Of a stretch of 64,000 bases of DNA, positions 12,650-24,189 are shown in pieces. The stretch is from contig NMRA01000199.1 of NCBI GenBank assembly GCA_002633005.1, positions 150,505 to 214,504 of the forward strand, in the 5' to 3' direction. The notes under the pieces are model-generated. The model did not search any database. It was not told where the DNA came from and saw only the letters and a list, made by a program, of their open reading frames with translations. A program made the translations under genes and the position numbers. Origin of the DNA: Phoronis australis (Eukaryota > Animalia > Phoronida). The first letter of the stretch is position 1, and each line of letters starts with the position of its first letter.

Positions 12650-13475
12650 CAACTATGACGATGATGTATGTTGTGATGACAATGGTCATATTGATGGTGA
12701 TGGTGATGTGGATGGTGGTGGTGACGGTGATAGCGATGATGATGGTAACGAAGATGGTGATGGTGCTCGTGATGATGATAACGGAGGTGATGATGATGAT
12801 GATGATGATGATGAAAGTGGTGATAATGATGATGATGATGGAGGTGATGGTGACGATGATGGTAATGGTGCTCGTGACAATGACGATGAAGGCATTGATG
12901 ACGATGATGATGAAATAGGTGATAATGTTACTGGTGACGATGCCTACGGTGGTGATGATGGTGATGATGACAGTGATGGAGGTAAAATAGTGATTAATAT
13001 GATGATAGCGATGAATATGATGGTTGTGGTGGTGATAATCATGGTAACGGTGATTATGTGATTATCATGATGTTGTTGGTGGTGATGACTATGGCAATAA
13101 TGATGATGATGATGATGTAATGACGATGGTGGTGATAACGATGATGACAGTTATGATGATTGGTAATGGAGGTGGTTATGGTGATGATAATGACGATGAT
13201 GATGGTGATGACAAAGGAGATAGGGATATTGGTGATAATAATGGCGATGATCATGATTATGGTGATGATGAGGGTAACGGAGATTGTGATGATGTTGATA
13301 TTTATCTCGTCGACGACGACGACGATGAACAAAGAGAACGTGGTGACGTGACGGTGATGGTGAAAATGATGATGATGATGATTGTTTTGATGTTGGTGGT
13401 ATTGATAATGGTGACGATGGTGGTGGTGGAGAACACGGAAAGGTTGATATTTGTGGTGGTGGCGAAAATGATGAT
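12650..13475. repeat. Degenerate (GAT/GGT/GAC)n trinucleotide tract in an intron of the Kazal-like gene
   Basis: ~820 bp of low-complexity sequence producing spurious poly-D/M/S/I ORFs. Confidence 0.95.
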
Positions 13476-13518
13476 CAAGAAGATAAGAGTTAATTCACCT
13501 GACGTACACAAAGATTAC

Positions 13519-13716
13519 CTGTTCTTATAAACATTCCCCTTGTTGTCGCAAACTTTCATGATGCCGTAACTTTTACAGTTTAGAGATTTGTAGTATTCGC
13601 AGAAATCCCACGGGTTTCTGGTTGTCTTCGGTGTAGTGATGCTGAATTTAATGGGATTGTTACACCGGGCGCGTCTGATGGTCTTATCGTCACACTTGGC
13701 TTTTTGGTACTCGCAC
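13519..13716 (-). CDS. Multi-Kazal-like protein exon 5 (CEYQKAKC...FCEYYKSLNCKSYGIMKVCDNKGNVYKN)
   Basis: ttcag/gtaatc boundaries, 198 nt, phase 2-2. Confidence 0.9.
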
Positions 13717-13981
13717 CTGAAAGTATGCAAACTTGATGGTTGAATAGTTGAGAATTTAATTAGATATTCGGTTCTTCCTGTTTGCGCAGCAAAATGGTGT
13801 ATGGGAAGATATTTAGGATGAAAACAAATCATGTAATAAATAAAATACACGTGAGATGAAGATCGTATGCAGTTCTACTTTTGTAACTTCCGGTAATATT
13901 GTAAGCGCTTGGTAAGTCACAGTGCGTTTCGGTATTGCTTAAATATCAATAAAACTTGGTAGCATTTTTATTTATCAGTAC

Positions 13982-14158
13982 CCGTTTTTATACTCGTTCC
14001 CTTTGGTATCACAAATCTGCATTGTTGAAAATCTCCCGCAGTCAATCTGCCTGTAATAGTCACAATGGTCGAAGGGCTTCCTCGTTGTCACTGGCCCCTG
14101 AGGACAGCGGGCCATCTTCAGAGTAGGATTGCAGTAGAAAATTTTGCGTATCTCGCAG
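13982..14158 (-). CDS. Multi-Kazal-like protein exon 4 (CEIRKIFYC...HCDYYRQIDCGRFSTMQICDTKGNEYKN)
   Basis: ttacag/gtactg boundaries, 177 nt, phase 2-2; same cysteine pattern. Confidence 0.9.
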
Positions 14159-15182
14159 CTGTAAGACAAAAATATATTCATCATCATCCACAGCTAAATT
14201 CCCACCGAGATGTCTTAGACGAGGACGACAATGTTTAGAGGCAAGCGTAACCTTCAAAACGGCATGGTCACCGCGTTCTCCTAGACGTGTCTGTATGGGG
14301 TCCGGACACCTGCCCCCTACTTCTGCCATGATGACGCCATCGTTGTCGTCGTCATTGGCGTCGTCGTCGCCTTTTCCAGTTCCATGATAATTCTTTATCG
14401 TAACGTTTATCAAAGATCTACGTACACAGTTGTGATCTCCCAGTACCAGCACTATCAGGGGTCACGTGTTAGAGGTATATCATTCGGCTGATTCATAAAC
14501 TAACCTTCTCAACCAGCATATCGTTGGGAAAGGCAATATGGCAAATAACATGGATAACAGGGCAAACATTGCATTTAAACTGTTCTATCAAAATTGTGCA
14601 TGAATTTAATACACACCGTTCATACAAAATGATACATGCACATGTATTATCAAATCCAAAGACATTCTTGATAATTAAGTAAAGCATGAAATTTAATAAT
14701 TCAGGTACAAGTCAAATTAAAAAATAACATTTCACCAATTTAAATCATAGTGGTGATGACTACAACCTTTTGGAAAAAAAATATAAACGGAAAGTTTAAA
14801 GCAATTACTTACTTTTCTTTATGAATCTGTTTGTGTGCTTTTGGAGTAAAATAGCCGGAAATATTCTAAGGGAAGATGGGGAGGGGAAGGAGGGGGCAAA
14901 CACGAAATTGTTGGCGACCGGGGTGAAATGAATGGGAACATGGGTGCACTTTGCCATGAACAAGGTGCCCAAAGGCAAAACTGACATAACTTTCGCCATG
15001 GGGGAGGGTTTTTGCAATGTGCAAGGGGTATGACAATGTTGTGCTCAACCCCAGGACCAACGCCAGTATCAGTCTACCGGTGATCAAAATTTGAGACTGA
15101 ATGTGGTCAAATGTTGTGTCTGCTTTGAGCCCTCGCGTTCAAGTGCATGTATGGGATAATAGGTGCTTCGTGAAACCCTCAC

Positions 15183-15407
15183 TAGTTTTTGTAGACATTT
15201 CCATCGCTGTCACAGACGGGTCTGGAATCCCCGTATCCACTGCAGTTGTAATTTTTGTATTTCTCACACAGATAATGATTGGTAGTGGCGGGTCGTGTTG
15301 GTTGGGGGGTCACAGTCGTTTCGTCGCCTGAGCCTTCCATAGCTTCGTCAGCACATGGTTCAAATTTTATTTTCTTGTTGTTACACCATGTCACCATGTA
15401 CATACAT
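15183..15407 (-). CDS. Multi-Kazal-like protein exon 3 (CMYMVTWC...EGSGD...LCEKYKNYNCSGYGDSRPVCDSDGNVYKN)
   Basis: tttgtag/gtgagg boundaries, 225 nt, phase 2-2; PVCDSDGNVYKNxC resembles Kazal PVCGSDGxTYxNxC. Confidence 0.9.
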
Positions 15408-16443
15408 CTACAAAAACAGAAATAATGGAATGCAAAAATGAAGTGAAAAGAATTTTTTTTCAGGTATTTATTATCATTTATAGACTAGTACAAAAAACAA
15501 ACAAACAAATAAGTACATCCATTCATTCACGCATGCGCACCTAAAGAGAGACCATTCTCGTATCTCGTATAAAATAAACAACTGCTACATGGAGTTAACG
15601 TGAACAATAAATTTTTCCCATTTCGCAGAGAAGCTGTCATATGCAAAGATTTTATATGCAATTAATTTTTCAGCATTATAGTACTCATAAGTATATGTAA
15701 CAAACTTGTGAAAATTAGGTATATTTTTGTGACATGTCTCGAAAAGAAATATTTTATTCCCAAGGGAAAGTCAACAATTATAAACTAATCAAGATGTGTT
15801 TAAGACGTACAAATAATCTCCCTTTCACAAGCCCCCCGCGCCGTCATTCGTAGGCTTTTCCATGAATATTATTATTCAAATGAGATATTTTCTTAGACTT
15901 ATGCAAGCCTGCAACGACTTTAACGGTTTATGTTTCCGTTTCATTCAACCATCGAACTGTCATCTTGGAATTAAATTGCTAAGGTACCCTTAGAAATGTC
16001 AATGAAACTTTTATCCGCAAATCAAGCTGTAGCACTGTTCAGCATTCTGACAAAAATAATTTTGGCTGGAAATAGATATCTTGTATAGGTTTTCGACCCA
16101 AACTTCGACCCAAAGCAGACCGAGATATACACTGCTGCCACAGAATGTCAAAGTAAGATCTTGTCAATCTTTATTAATCGGACCTGGTCCTGAGTTAAAA
16201 ATAAATAACACACATAAATTCAAACCAGTTAATGTGCCAGACGTCACAAGAAGCATGCTGTTTGCGATGAACAATTGCTTCAAAATCTTTCGTCTGATAT
16301 TTTTTGTATAATGCTATTATCAGTGCTGATTAACTGGAAGTTGTATTCAAAATTGCGGCTCTGACCTATTTTCACCATTTTTCAATAGTCCTGGGGTGCC
16401 ACAACGGGAAGAGGAAATGACGTGAATTTTTTCATGTGAAGAC

Positions 16444-16810
16444 TCGCTCGTCAGAGTCACCTTCCGGCGGTGCCTTCTATATTAACATAGTGAGCCTCGC
16501 TCATAGGCTGCCTTCCGGAGGGGACCCTATATCAATATCGGGGGCCGCAATCTATGTCCGCCTTTCGGCGAGGCCCTCTATACCGTATTATAGGGGACCT
16601 CGCTGAAAGGCAGTCGAAAAGCAGGGCCTTTTATATTAATATAGAGGGCCCCGCCGGAAGGCGGCTAGAGAGCGCGACCTTCTATATCAATATAGAGGGC
16701 CTCACTCATCAGCCGTCCTCCGGCCGGGCCGTCTATATTACATAAAAGGCTCCGCTCTTCGACCCCCTTTCGGCGAGGCCGCCTATATTAATATAGGGGT
16801 GTTTCGCTCC
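16444..16810. repeat. Array of 7 degenerate ~26-bp palindromes (ggccctctatattaatatagagggcc) at 51-bp period with related ~25-bp spacers
   Basis: Palindrome centres at ~16483, 16534, 16585, 16637, 16688, 16739, 16790. Confidence 0.85.
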
Positions 16811-16923
16811 TGAGGTCCGAAATTCAATTTTTTGCCTATGTCATTTTAATAAGAATAAGTCATTTTAAATAATAAGCTGTTGTATTATTTGTGCCAACGC
16901 GATTCTCCTTAATTCGAACGTAC

Positions 16924-17035
16924 TTGTTATTGTAGCGGTCGCCATTCTTGTTACAAAGAGGTGTGAAACCTGGTTCGGGGAGGTTGTGACATCGAACTCG
17001 AGCGTAGAAAGCACAGTCTTTCTCCGCGAAAACAG
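16924..17035 (-). CDS. Multi-Kazal-like protein exon 2 (AVFAEKDCAFYARVRCHNLPEPGFTPLCNKNGDRYNN)
   Basis: tacag acceptor, gtacgt donor, phase 1-2; first half (C1-C3) of domain 1. Confidence 0.85.
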
Positions 17036-17996
17036 CTGTAAAGAAAGAAATTTTGTAAAGAAACATAATGAGACACCCAGCCAATTCAGCCAGTTTTAAC
17101 TGAAAATTTCATGATAATGGAAAACACGCTTCGCTGTGGATTTTTGGTGTTTTTACTAATGGCAAGTTCGTATTACCCATGGCGAATTTAAAAGCTCCGT
17201 ACAACTCTCCACGCCGTAAAGGTATTGTAGCGTTGTTCTCAGTCAAAGACGTGTCTACGGTTGTTCTCACCCTAAGTATATCGTGACAGGCTAGGAAAGT
17301 CAAGGTTATACAACGGCCGGTAGTAGTCACCTACAGGGGTCCCGCATTTTGAGAACCATTTTTTTTCTACTGAATGACAGGCATCAAATTGCTTCCTAAA
17401 ATCCGGGACCCTTGTCAGTGACTTTTTGTCCAGCCACCTTCACTCGCTTTTCGCTTTTATCACATGTGTAGACATTGTTTCTTCAACCAGTCAGTCCTCT
17501 GAGCTAAATTTACTTGAGAATCAAAGAAACATTTCCTCTTAACTCGTTGCCTCAATCGCAAATTATATTTAGTGAAGAGATTATGAATTTGTCACCCCCA
17601 AAAGATAGCTCTGGACGTCAGCAGGTCATTATCTGATGAAATCACCAGTGCTCTCTCAATTGCTTTAGATTTCGGTAAGGAAAGGTTCGAGTTCATTTTC
17701 ATAAGGTGGAGCACTATGTAGTTTTTCTCATGTTGAGATTGTAAGTGGGAAATGAAGCGCAGCTTTAGCGAGATTGAAATTATTATTTTACCAGTAGCCA
17801 ATGATTTGTTAAAATTGGTATCGACATTTCATCAACATTTGGATGAAAATTTCGGGAAATAATACAAAACGGATACTTTTAAATTGTTTTTATTGGATTT
17901 AAATTGGTGATTTATTTGAGCTTACAACACAAAATCGCGATTTTGACATCGCTGAAATTGGCAATTTTGTACCTGCTTACCGAGGTTATGACTTAC

Positions 17997-18033
17997 CTGA
18001 TGCTGTGACTGCTAGAAGAATCCAAACGTTCAT
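17997..18033 (-). CDS. Multi-Kazal-like secreted protein, exon 1 (signal peptide MNVWILLAVTAS)
   Basis: ATG at 18033; consensus donor CAG|gtaagt; phase 1 fits exon 2 and gives the signal peptide MNVWILLAVTASAVFA. Confidence 0.8.
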
Positions 18034-18581
18034 GCTGTAGTAAGGCAACTAGACTGCCAGGAGTTTAGCTCCACAGGCGGTTTTATCTTTGGCGGGAATC
18101 CCCATATATCCCTACCCCACGTGCCTTTCTTTCAAGATTCATTACCGTAAAATCACGAAAGCACGACCATCAACTGTTGTGTCAACATTGCACCGGTATC
18201 CTTTGACAACACGCCAATGTGTGCGCTGTTACCGAACGTGCACGTATTTAGGCCCACGCGCCTGTATCTACTCAAAATACCGTTTTTCTGTAAATAATTT
18301 TTGCTTAAGTGTTTCAAACATACATGTACAAGGTACTTGAACAGCCTGCTACACACACTCATGTATATACACGGCTCATACGGCCCGGGACTCTTAAAAT
18401 GCGGCTTACGCAACCAAAAACACAGCTCACACGAATAAACATTATACGCGCCATGACTTAGTAAAGAGTTCGTGAACAACGCTTAGAGGCGTCAAAACCG
18501 TGTTTGTGGTCCAGGGGAAGTCATGCATGCTTTTTGGGTGCGTAATTAAGGCACGTGCATTGTGAGTGGTGGGCCATGGTT

Positions 18582-19822
18582 ATAGACCCTATTCACGCGG
18601 CGGCCATTAAGATCCAAAGCGAGGCTCACTGCGATAAACAAAGCGAAAGTAGACATTGCGTGAGTTATACAGCCGGTCTTTCGAGTCCAACCTGGATATT
18701 AAATTTTAATGATGTGTCGACAATTAACCACAGAGACGTAGAAAATTACATTAGAGAACAAGTTAAGGCGCCAAAGAGTTGTCTGACGAAAGGGTTTTTA
18801 ATTTTTTTCGGAAAACTAGGTTCGAAACATGAAAAGTAAATATGTCCAAATTGCGGCGATCGTAGTNNNNNNNNNNNNNNNNNNNNNNNNNNNNNNNNNN
18901 NNNNNNNNNNNNNNNNNNNNNNNNNNNNNNNNNNNNNNNNNNNNNNNNNNNNNNNNNNNNNNNNNNNNNNNNNNNNNNNNNNNNNNNNNNNNNNNNNNNN
19001 NNNNNNNNNNNNNNNNNNNNNNNNNNNNNNNNNNNNNNNNNNNNNNNNNNNNNNNNNNNNNNNNNNNNNNNNNNNNNNNNNNNNNNNNNNNNNNNNNNNN
19101 NNNNNNNNNNNNNNNNNNNNNNNNNNNNNNNNNNNNNNNNNNNNNNNNNNNNNNNNNNNNNNNNNNNNNNNNNNNNNNNNNNNNNNNNNNNNNNNNNNNN
19201 NNNNNNNNNNNNNNNNNNNNNNNNNNNNNNNNNNNNNNNNNNNNNNNNNNNNNNNNNNNNNNNNNNNNNNNNNNNNNNNNNNNNNNNNNNNNNNNNNNNN
19301 NNNNNNNNNNNNNNNNNNNNNNNNNNNNNNNNNNNNNNNNNNNNNNNNNNNNNNNNNNNNNNNNNNNNNNNNNNNNNNNNNNNNNNNNNNNNNNNNNNNN
19401 NNNNNNNNNNNNNNNNNNNNNNNNNNNNNNNNNNNNNNNNNNNNNNNNNNNNNNNNNNNNNNNNNNNNNNNNNNNNNNTCCGTAGTCATGAAAACACAGC
19501 CTGGCTGGCCCATTCTCCGCCGGTCGTTACTATGATGCTTAACAACTGACCATGCGACAAAATATGATCTAACTTTTCGACAACATTTATAAATTTTACA
19601 CGGACATATTTTGCTTCGTCGCGGCAACGATCCAACGCTTCCGAATCTCAACGTCTTTAGAGCTAGATTGTGAAGCAGACAGTTGCGTGTCCGTATTTTT
19701 TCTAGCCGGCCGTTCGCGGAACAACACGGTCTGAAACACAGAACTATGCCGATAAGCTAACAGAGCTATCGTAGCGAGCCTCGTTTCGGAACGCGCCTCC
19801 TGTCGGCGTGAATAGGGTCTAT
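18582..19822 (-). mobile_element. Non-autonomous DNA transposon with TIRs and a decayed THAP-like segment, spanning the gap
   Basis: Perfect 17-bp TIR atagaccctattcacgc / gcgtgaatagggtctat with an imperfect inner extension; minus strand reads PCCSANG...LLHNL then (frameshift) KDVEIRKRWIVAA, like THAP FHxFPKDxxxRKxWI. Confidence 0.65.
18867..19478. other. Assembly gap (N run)
   Basis: 612 n characters. Confidence 1.
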
Positions 19823-22800
19823 GAGTCACTGAGCAGTGTTTAGGTACGCGAGTCGTACTCACGAGTGCAGGATACGTGCTGAATACTGACATACCGTGAT
19901 AGTCAATGCACGTTGTTGGACTACGTTCCCTAGAGCCAATTTCTTGCCGGAAAAACAGACATATCTTCGTGTCTAAAGAACGCCCCCAGATCAGACTAGA
20001 ACTACATGTATGAGGTTATCCTGCTAGGTGTCATTCAATATCGCGTCACCTACCAACCGACCAATGGGATGGAGGAACGTGGTCATGTGAGTAAACGAGC
20101 TACTAGCAGACATTTTCCTTAGATTTTTTCTGTATAAGACAAATATGAGATTAAGTGTATTTCGACACTAAATCGTTAAAGCATGTCAGCAGAGTATATT
20201 CCATTTTCTAAACCGGCAAATCCCAAGAAATATCGGTAGCATGTCTCCGGTGGATTCGAGCTTGGTTATCGGCTACCCGATCAGTGTTGAACGTGAACAT
20301 TGTCAATGGAACTACCGTTCATATGCTTGTATAAAAGTAAGTAAATGAAGAAAACCGAGGAACAACGGTACTCTGCGCTTGCACGCGCAGAGTAACTAGC
20401 ACCATAGCAGAGACTAGAAGTTCCGATGTATTCTGGTTCATGATTGGTCATGAAAATGATGCCAAACAAATTATCAACAAACGCTGGTCCTTCCAAAAAG
20501 GACATAGAATAGCCACAACAATTCCTTTTTAAATTTAATTCCGTGTTGATGTTGATGTCTTCTTGGTAGACGCAACACATTTATAACGTCCACTAAGGTG
20601 AGTTCATGGTAAATGGACACCAAGTAAATTCCAAATAAAGAAGTCAGTACAGTGAGGAGCTTGATTTTATCCCAAACGCGTTGAATCAGTTGACTGCAAT
20701 GCGGCCATGTAATAATGTTTTCCGTATTCACCTCCCGCACTACACTTCAACAATGACCTCTGACATGGAAAGTTAAAAAATTAGCTCAATGTCGACTCGC
20801 CGTCGTTAGCCGGTTTGATCATAGAACTTTCTGAAAATAGTTTAAAGTAATACAGTTGCAGCAGTGTAAATAACACTCAACATGCAATCAGGTCTCAATC
20901 GTAATATCTGGAACAGGACTGTTAATTATATGACAGTTCTGTCTCAGTTTTCAATAGCTAAATATTTTATCGTCTGCAACTCAGGCGCCAAGTCCTCGGC
21001 TTGTACAATATCAAATATTGTTGTTATTTAACTATTTTCAGGAGATGTTACAAGTTCAATGCACAGTTACCGTTGTTTTCATCTGTGTTATTTCTTTTCA
21101 AGTAATAAATAGTTACATTTAAAGATGTTTCTTTTACTAAGAGAAAACTTGCAACCTAACGCGCAAATACCTACATATAGGATGAGATCCGCCACGTGAA
21201 CTGTCAGAGTGAAGTATTTAAAAAAATTGCCAAAAATGAAAGAAGTTTAACCGTTCGGTCTCGGTCAATACACGGAATAATGTCGAGTGGGATATTACTT
21301 CATCTACGCCACTCTCGGTACGTTTTGTGTATGTATTTTCGGCTTGCACGAAGCCGGCTGTGCGCAGGTGGCTGGAACGCGGCAAAAGCAGGTCTTTATG
21401 TGATTGATTGATATAAAAATGCAGATATGCTGGAGTTGTACAATACTCCCTTGCTGGTGACAAAATTTGTGAGACTGCTTTCATCCTCTGATTCCCACAT
21501 TCCCCATACGGGAACTTCCCAATTTGCAACTAGGGAGAATGTTAAAATTTGGCAAACACAAGCAAAATCAACATATTTGTGATTACTTCAATTAGTTCAT
21601 TTGTAATAAAAATGAGTTTACCATTTTGGAAAAAATTGATTTTCACCAACTGTTAGCGAATTTTCTCAAAGCTTTCTCTGAAATAGCTTAAACCAATCCG
21701 TCACAAATTCTTAAGTGTTGAATCAACTATTAAAGATTGTGTTACTATAAAATACAGAATTTTAATTATATATCTCATTTTAGAGCACGTGGTGCACATG
21801 TTTCACGGAAACTCAAACTTTTGTCCTCTGCTTTTGTCCCGTGACCCCTGCCTTCGAAATGTGACATCTCTACTTAAAAAAGCTTTACCACAAATTTAAG
21901 TTTGAAAGATTTGATGTAAGATTCGCTGGTCTGTGGTCGTAACTGAAGTCTCCATGACAGCATGATACCGAGCAAAATCATTTCTCTAAAATCTCCCAAC
22001 CTGTCGCTTAAACGCACTTGATTATATGAGGCCATCGTTTTAGTTTGTCTAAGTTTGCGTCACGTGATCGAGTGAGCGAAGCGATAGTCAATCTGGAAAC
22101 TGGTCCAATAGCCTAAAGATTAAATGTATTCAAATACGCCATGGACATAAACAATAATATATATATTTTCAAGACAAAGTCTCGTTTTGAATATATTCCA
22201 AGTCTTTTGGACAGCCGCCTTGAGTCCTGACTCGCGACACAGAAGTCAACGACGATTGCAAACGCACTTCGAAATATTATTGGTAAATTTTAATTATTTA
22301 GTGAAAAACAAAATCAAGCTAGCAAAACACATAGCAAGGACTTAACACAGTGAGATTACAAGCTGCATGTTTAGAAAGCTTTAAACAAATTGTATTTCTA
22401 TTAAAGTATTACATTTCCTCAACATTGGCCTTATTACATGAGCTTGTCCACTTAAAAATCTAGATAATAAGCATAATCTATACGTGCAAGAATGCTGACT
22501 AAGTTATCTTGAAGAACAGCAAGTAGCGTCATCACTGCCGTTGACTTCATATGTCTTATTACTTAATACTGTATTTTGTACTACAGCATGTTACTCGCAG
22601 GACCTTAGTCAAGATTTGTTACAATAAATGCTTAACATTAAAAGCGAACCCTCGTCAACTAACAAATAGTGTGTAGGACTAGACCCTTAAGTATAAGACT
22701 CTACACCCCTCGTCAACTTTCAAAGTTTGGAACAAACAGCTCTGCCTAATCGCTAACCGTGACTAACCCATTGCGCGACTTAATCGATAGCTGTGGCAAA

Positions 22801-24189
22801 ATACTGTCCGCCTCAATTCACAGCCAGGATGTTCATGCACTTTGTGGAGCGTTCTAGCTGAATTTTGAACTAGTGAAAAATACCAAGCGACAGAATTCTG
22901 TTGGGATGAAATTGCCAACACAGGGTTTAATTTCCTACAAGCATAACAACTGCGTTTATATGAAAAGGCACACAGGATCACTTTAAAGACCATTTGCTAA
23001 TTTGCCAGCAAATTTCACCATCTTTGGTAAAAACTTCAGCGTTTCGTCGACCGTGTTTGTCTTTCTGACCTCTTCCACGTCCTCGGTCATTACTTGCTCC
23101 TTGCTTTGAACCGGCTGATACTCAACGTCAGTTTCAAGTTTGATGGCGTTCTGAAATAAGTGGGTTTCACTATTATCCACCACGTTTTATTACTAGCTGG
23201 TATACTCCCCGCGCCATGACCATTGGCACACTACAACAACTGGTGGTCGCATTATATAACTATGAGCAACTTTAAACTGACCTACAAGTTCCATGCTTTG
23301 TGGCAAAACATACCCAATGTAATAATAGTTTTCTAAAACGAGACCACAAATTGTCGCAACTGCATAAACTGCGACAGTTCGTGCAGATTTTCGAAGTTCA
23401 CACTGTCGCATTTTTTGCTGCAACAGTTTCTGAGTTGTGGAATAGTACAAAATGTTGTAGTCCTCAAATCGTGCTAATCTTCTAACTTGACTTACCGACA
23501 CAAAAGTGATGTTCGTGTTCGTAAAACCGGCGTTGTCAACAGAAGGAACGGGAACACCCTTTTCGCCTATGCCTGGATAAAAGATAGGACACGAACAGGT
23601 GAATAACAGTCTTAAGGTCTCGACTTAAAAACTGTCAAATCTGACTTAAATGGTGAAAGCGTTCGAACGCGTGGCTACTGAGGATAATGAACGAACGGGG
23701 CCCAGAATTCTCGACATAAGAAAGTCTTCAATCTTGCACAGGTATTCACGTACGGTTATTTAGTGATGACATGTCAGGAGCTATTATGAATATAATTAAT
23801 TTTAGCATTTTGAGTTTAATTTGAGTGGGTGCAAAACGCCAAAGCGAAGTTATAATAAACAACTCATCCTGCATGTATATTAACCAGATCAAATTGAAAA
23901 CTGCGTGTACCTTTTCACGCGATCTAGGTCCGTACTATACACCATCAATGATTTCAAAACATTATTTTCCAGTAGCCTACTTACTGTTGATTTTTGGAAG
24001 TATGAAGTCGTTCATAACCACGCTCAACATAAGCTTGAGTGATGTTTTCTACAGAATAAAAATCAAAGTGATGGATTATTCTGGGGAAAATTACAAAACA
24101 AGCTTCGAAGGGTAGAACTTGATTGGCAGATTAATCAGATCACAATCTATACTGCAGTGCCCATTGCATGAAATATCAACTACGGTATC

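Noticed and set aside
12556-13530. Poly-Asp/Gly, poly-Met and poly-Ser ORFs resembling acidic biomineralisation proteins
   Set aside because: They are translations of a degenerate (GAT)n tract open in many frames on both strands, inside an intron, with no signal peptide or supported splice structure
14866-15087. ORF with a signal-peptide-like start (LILALVLGLSTTLS) inside a Kazal-gene intron
   Set aside because: Starts at TTG rather than ATG, lacks the cysteine pattern, and has no compatible splice sites that I could identify
16444-16810. CRISPR array interpretation
   Set aside because: Eukaryotic intron, degenerate repeats, spacers homologous to each other, no cas genes
18746-19651. 301-aa and 218-aa ORFs
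   Set aside because: Artifacts of reading through the N gap
22763-23501. Cluster of minus-strand ORFs with protein-like composition
   Set aside because: No recognisable domain or consistent splice structure; possibly a decayed TE
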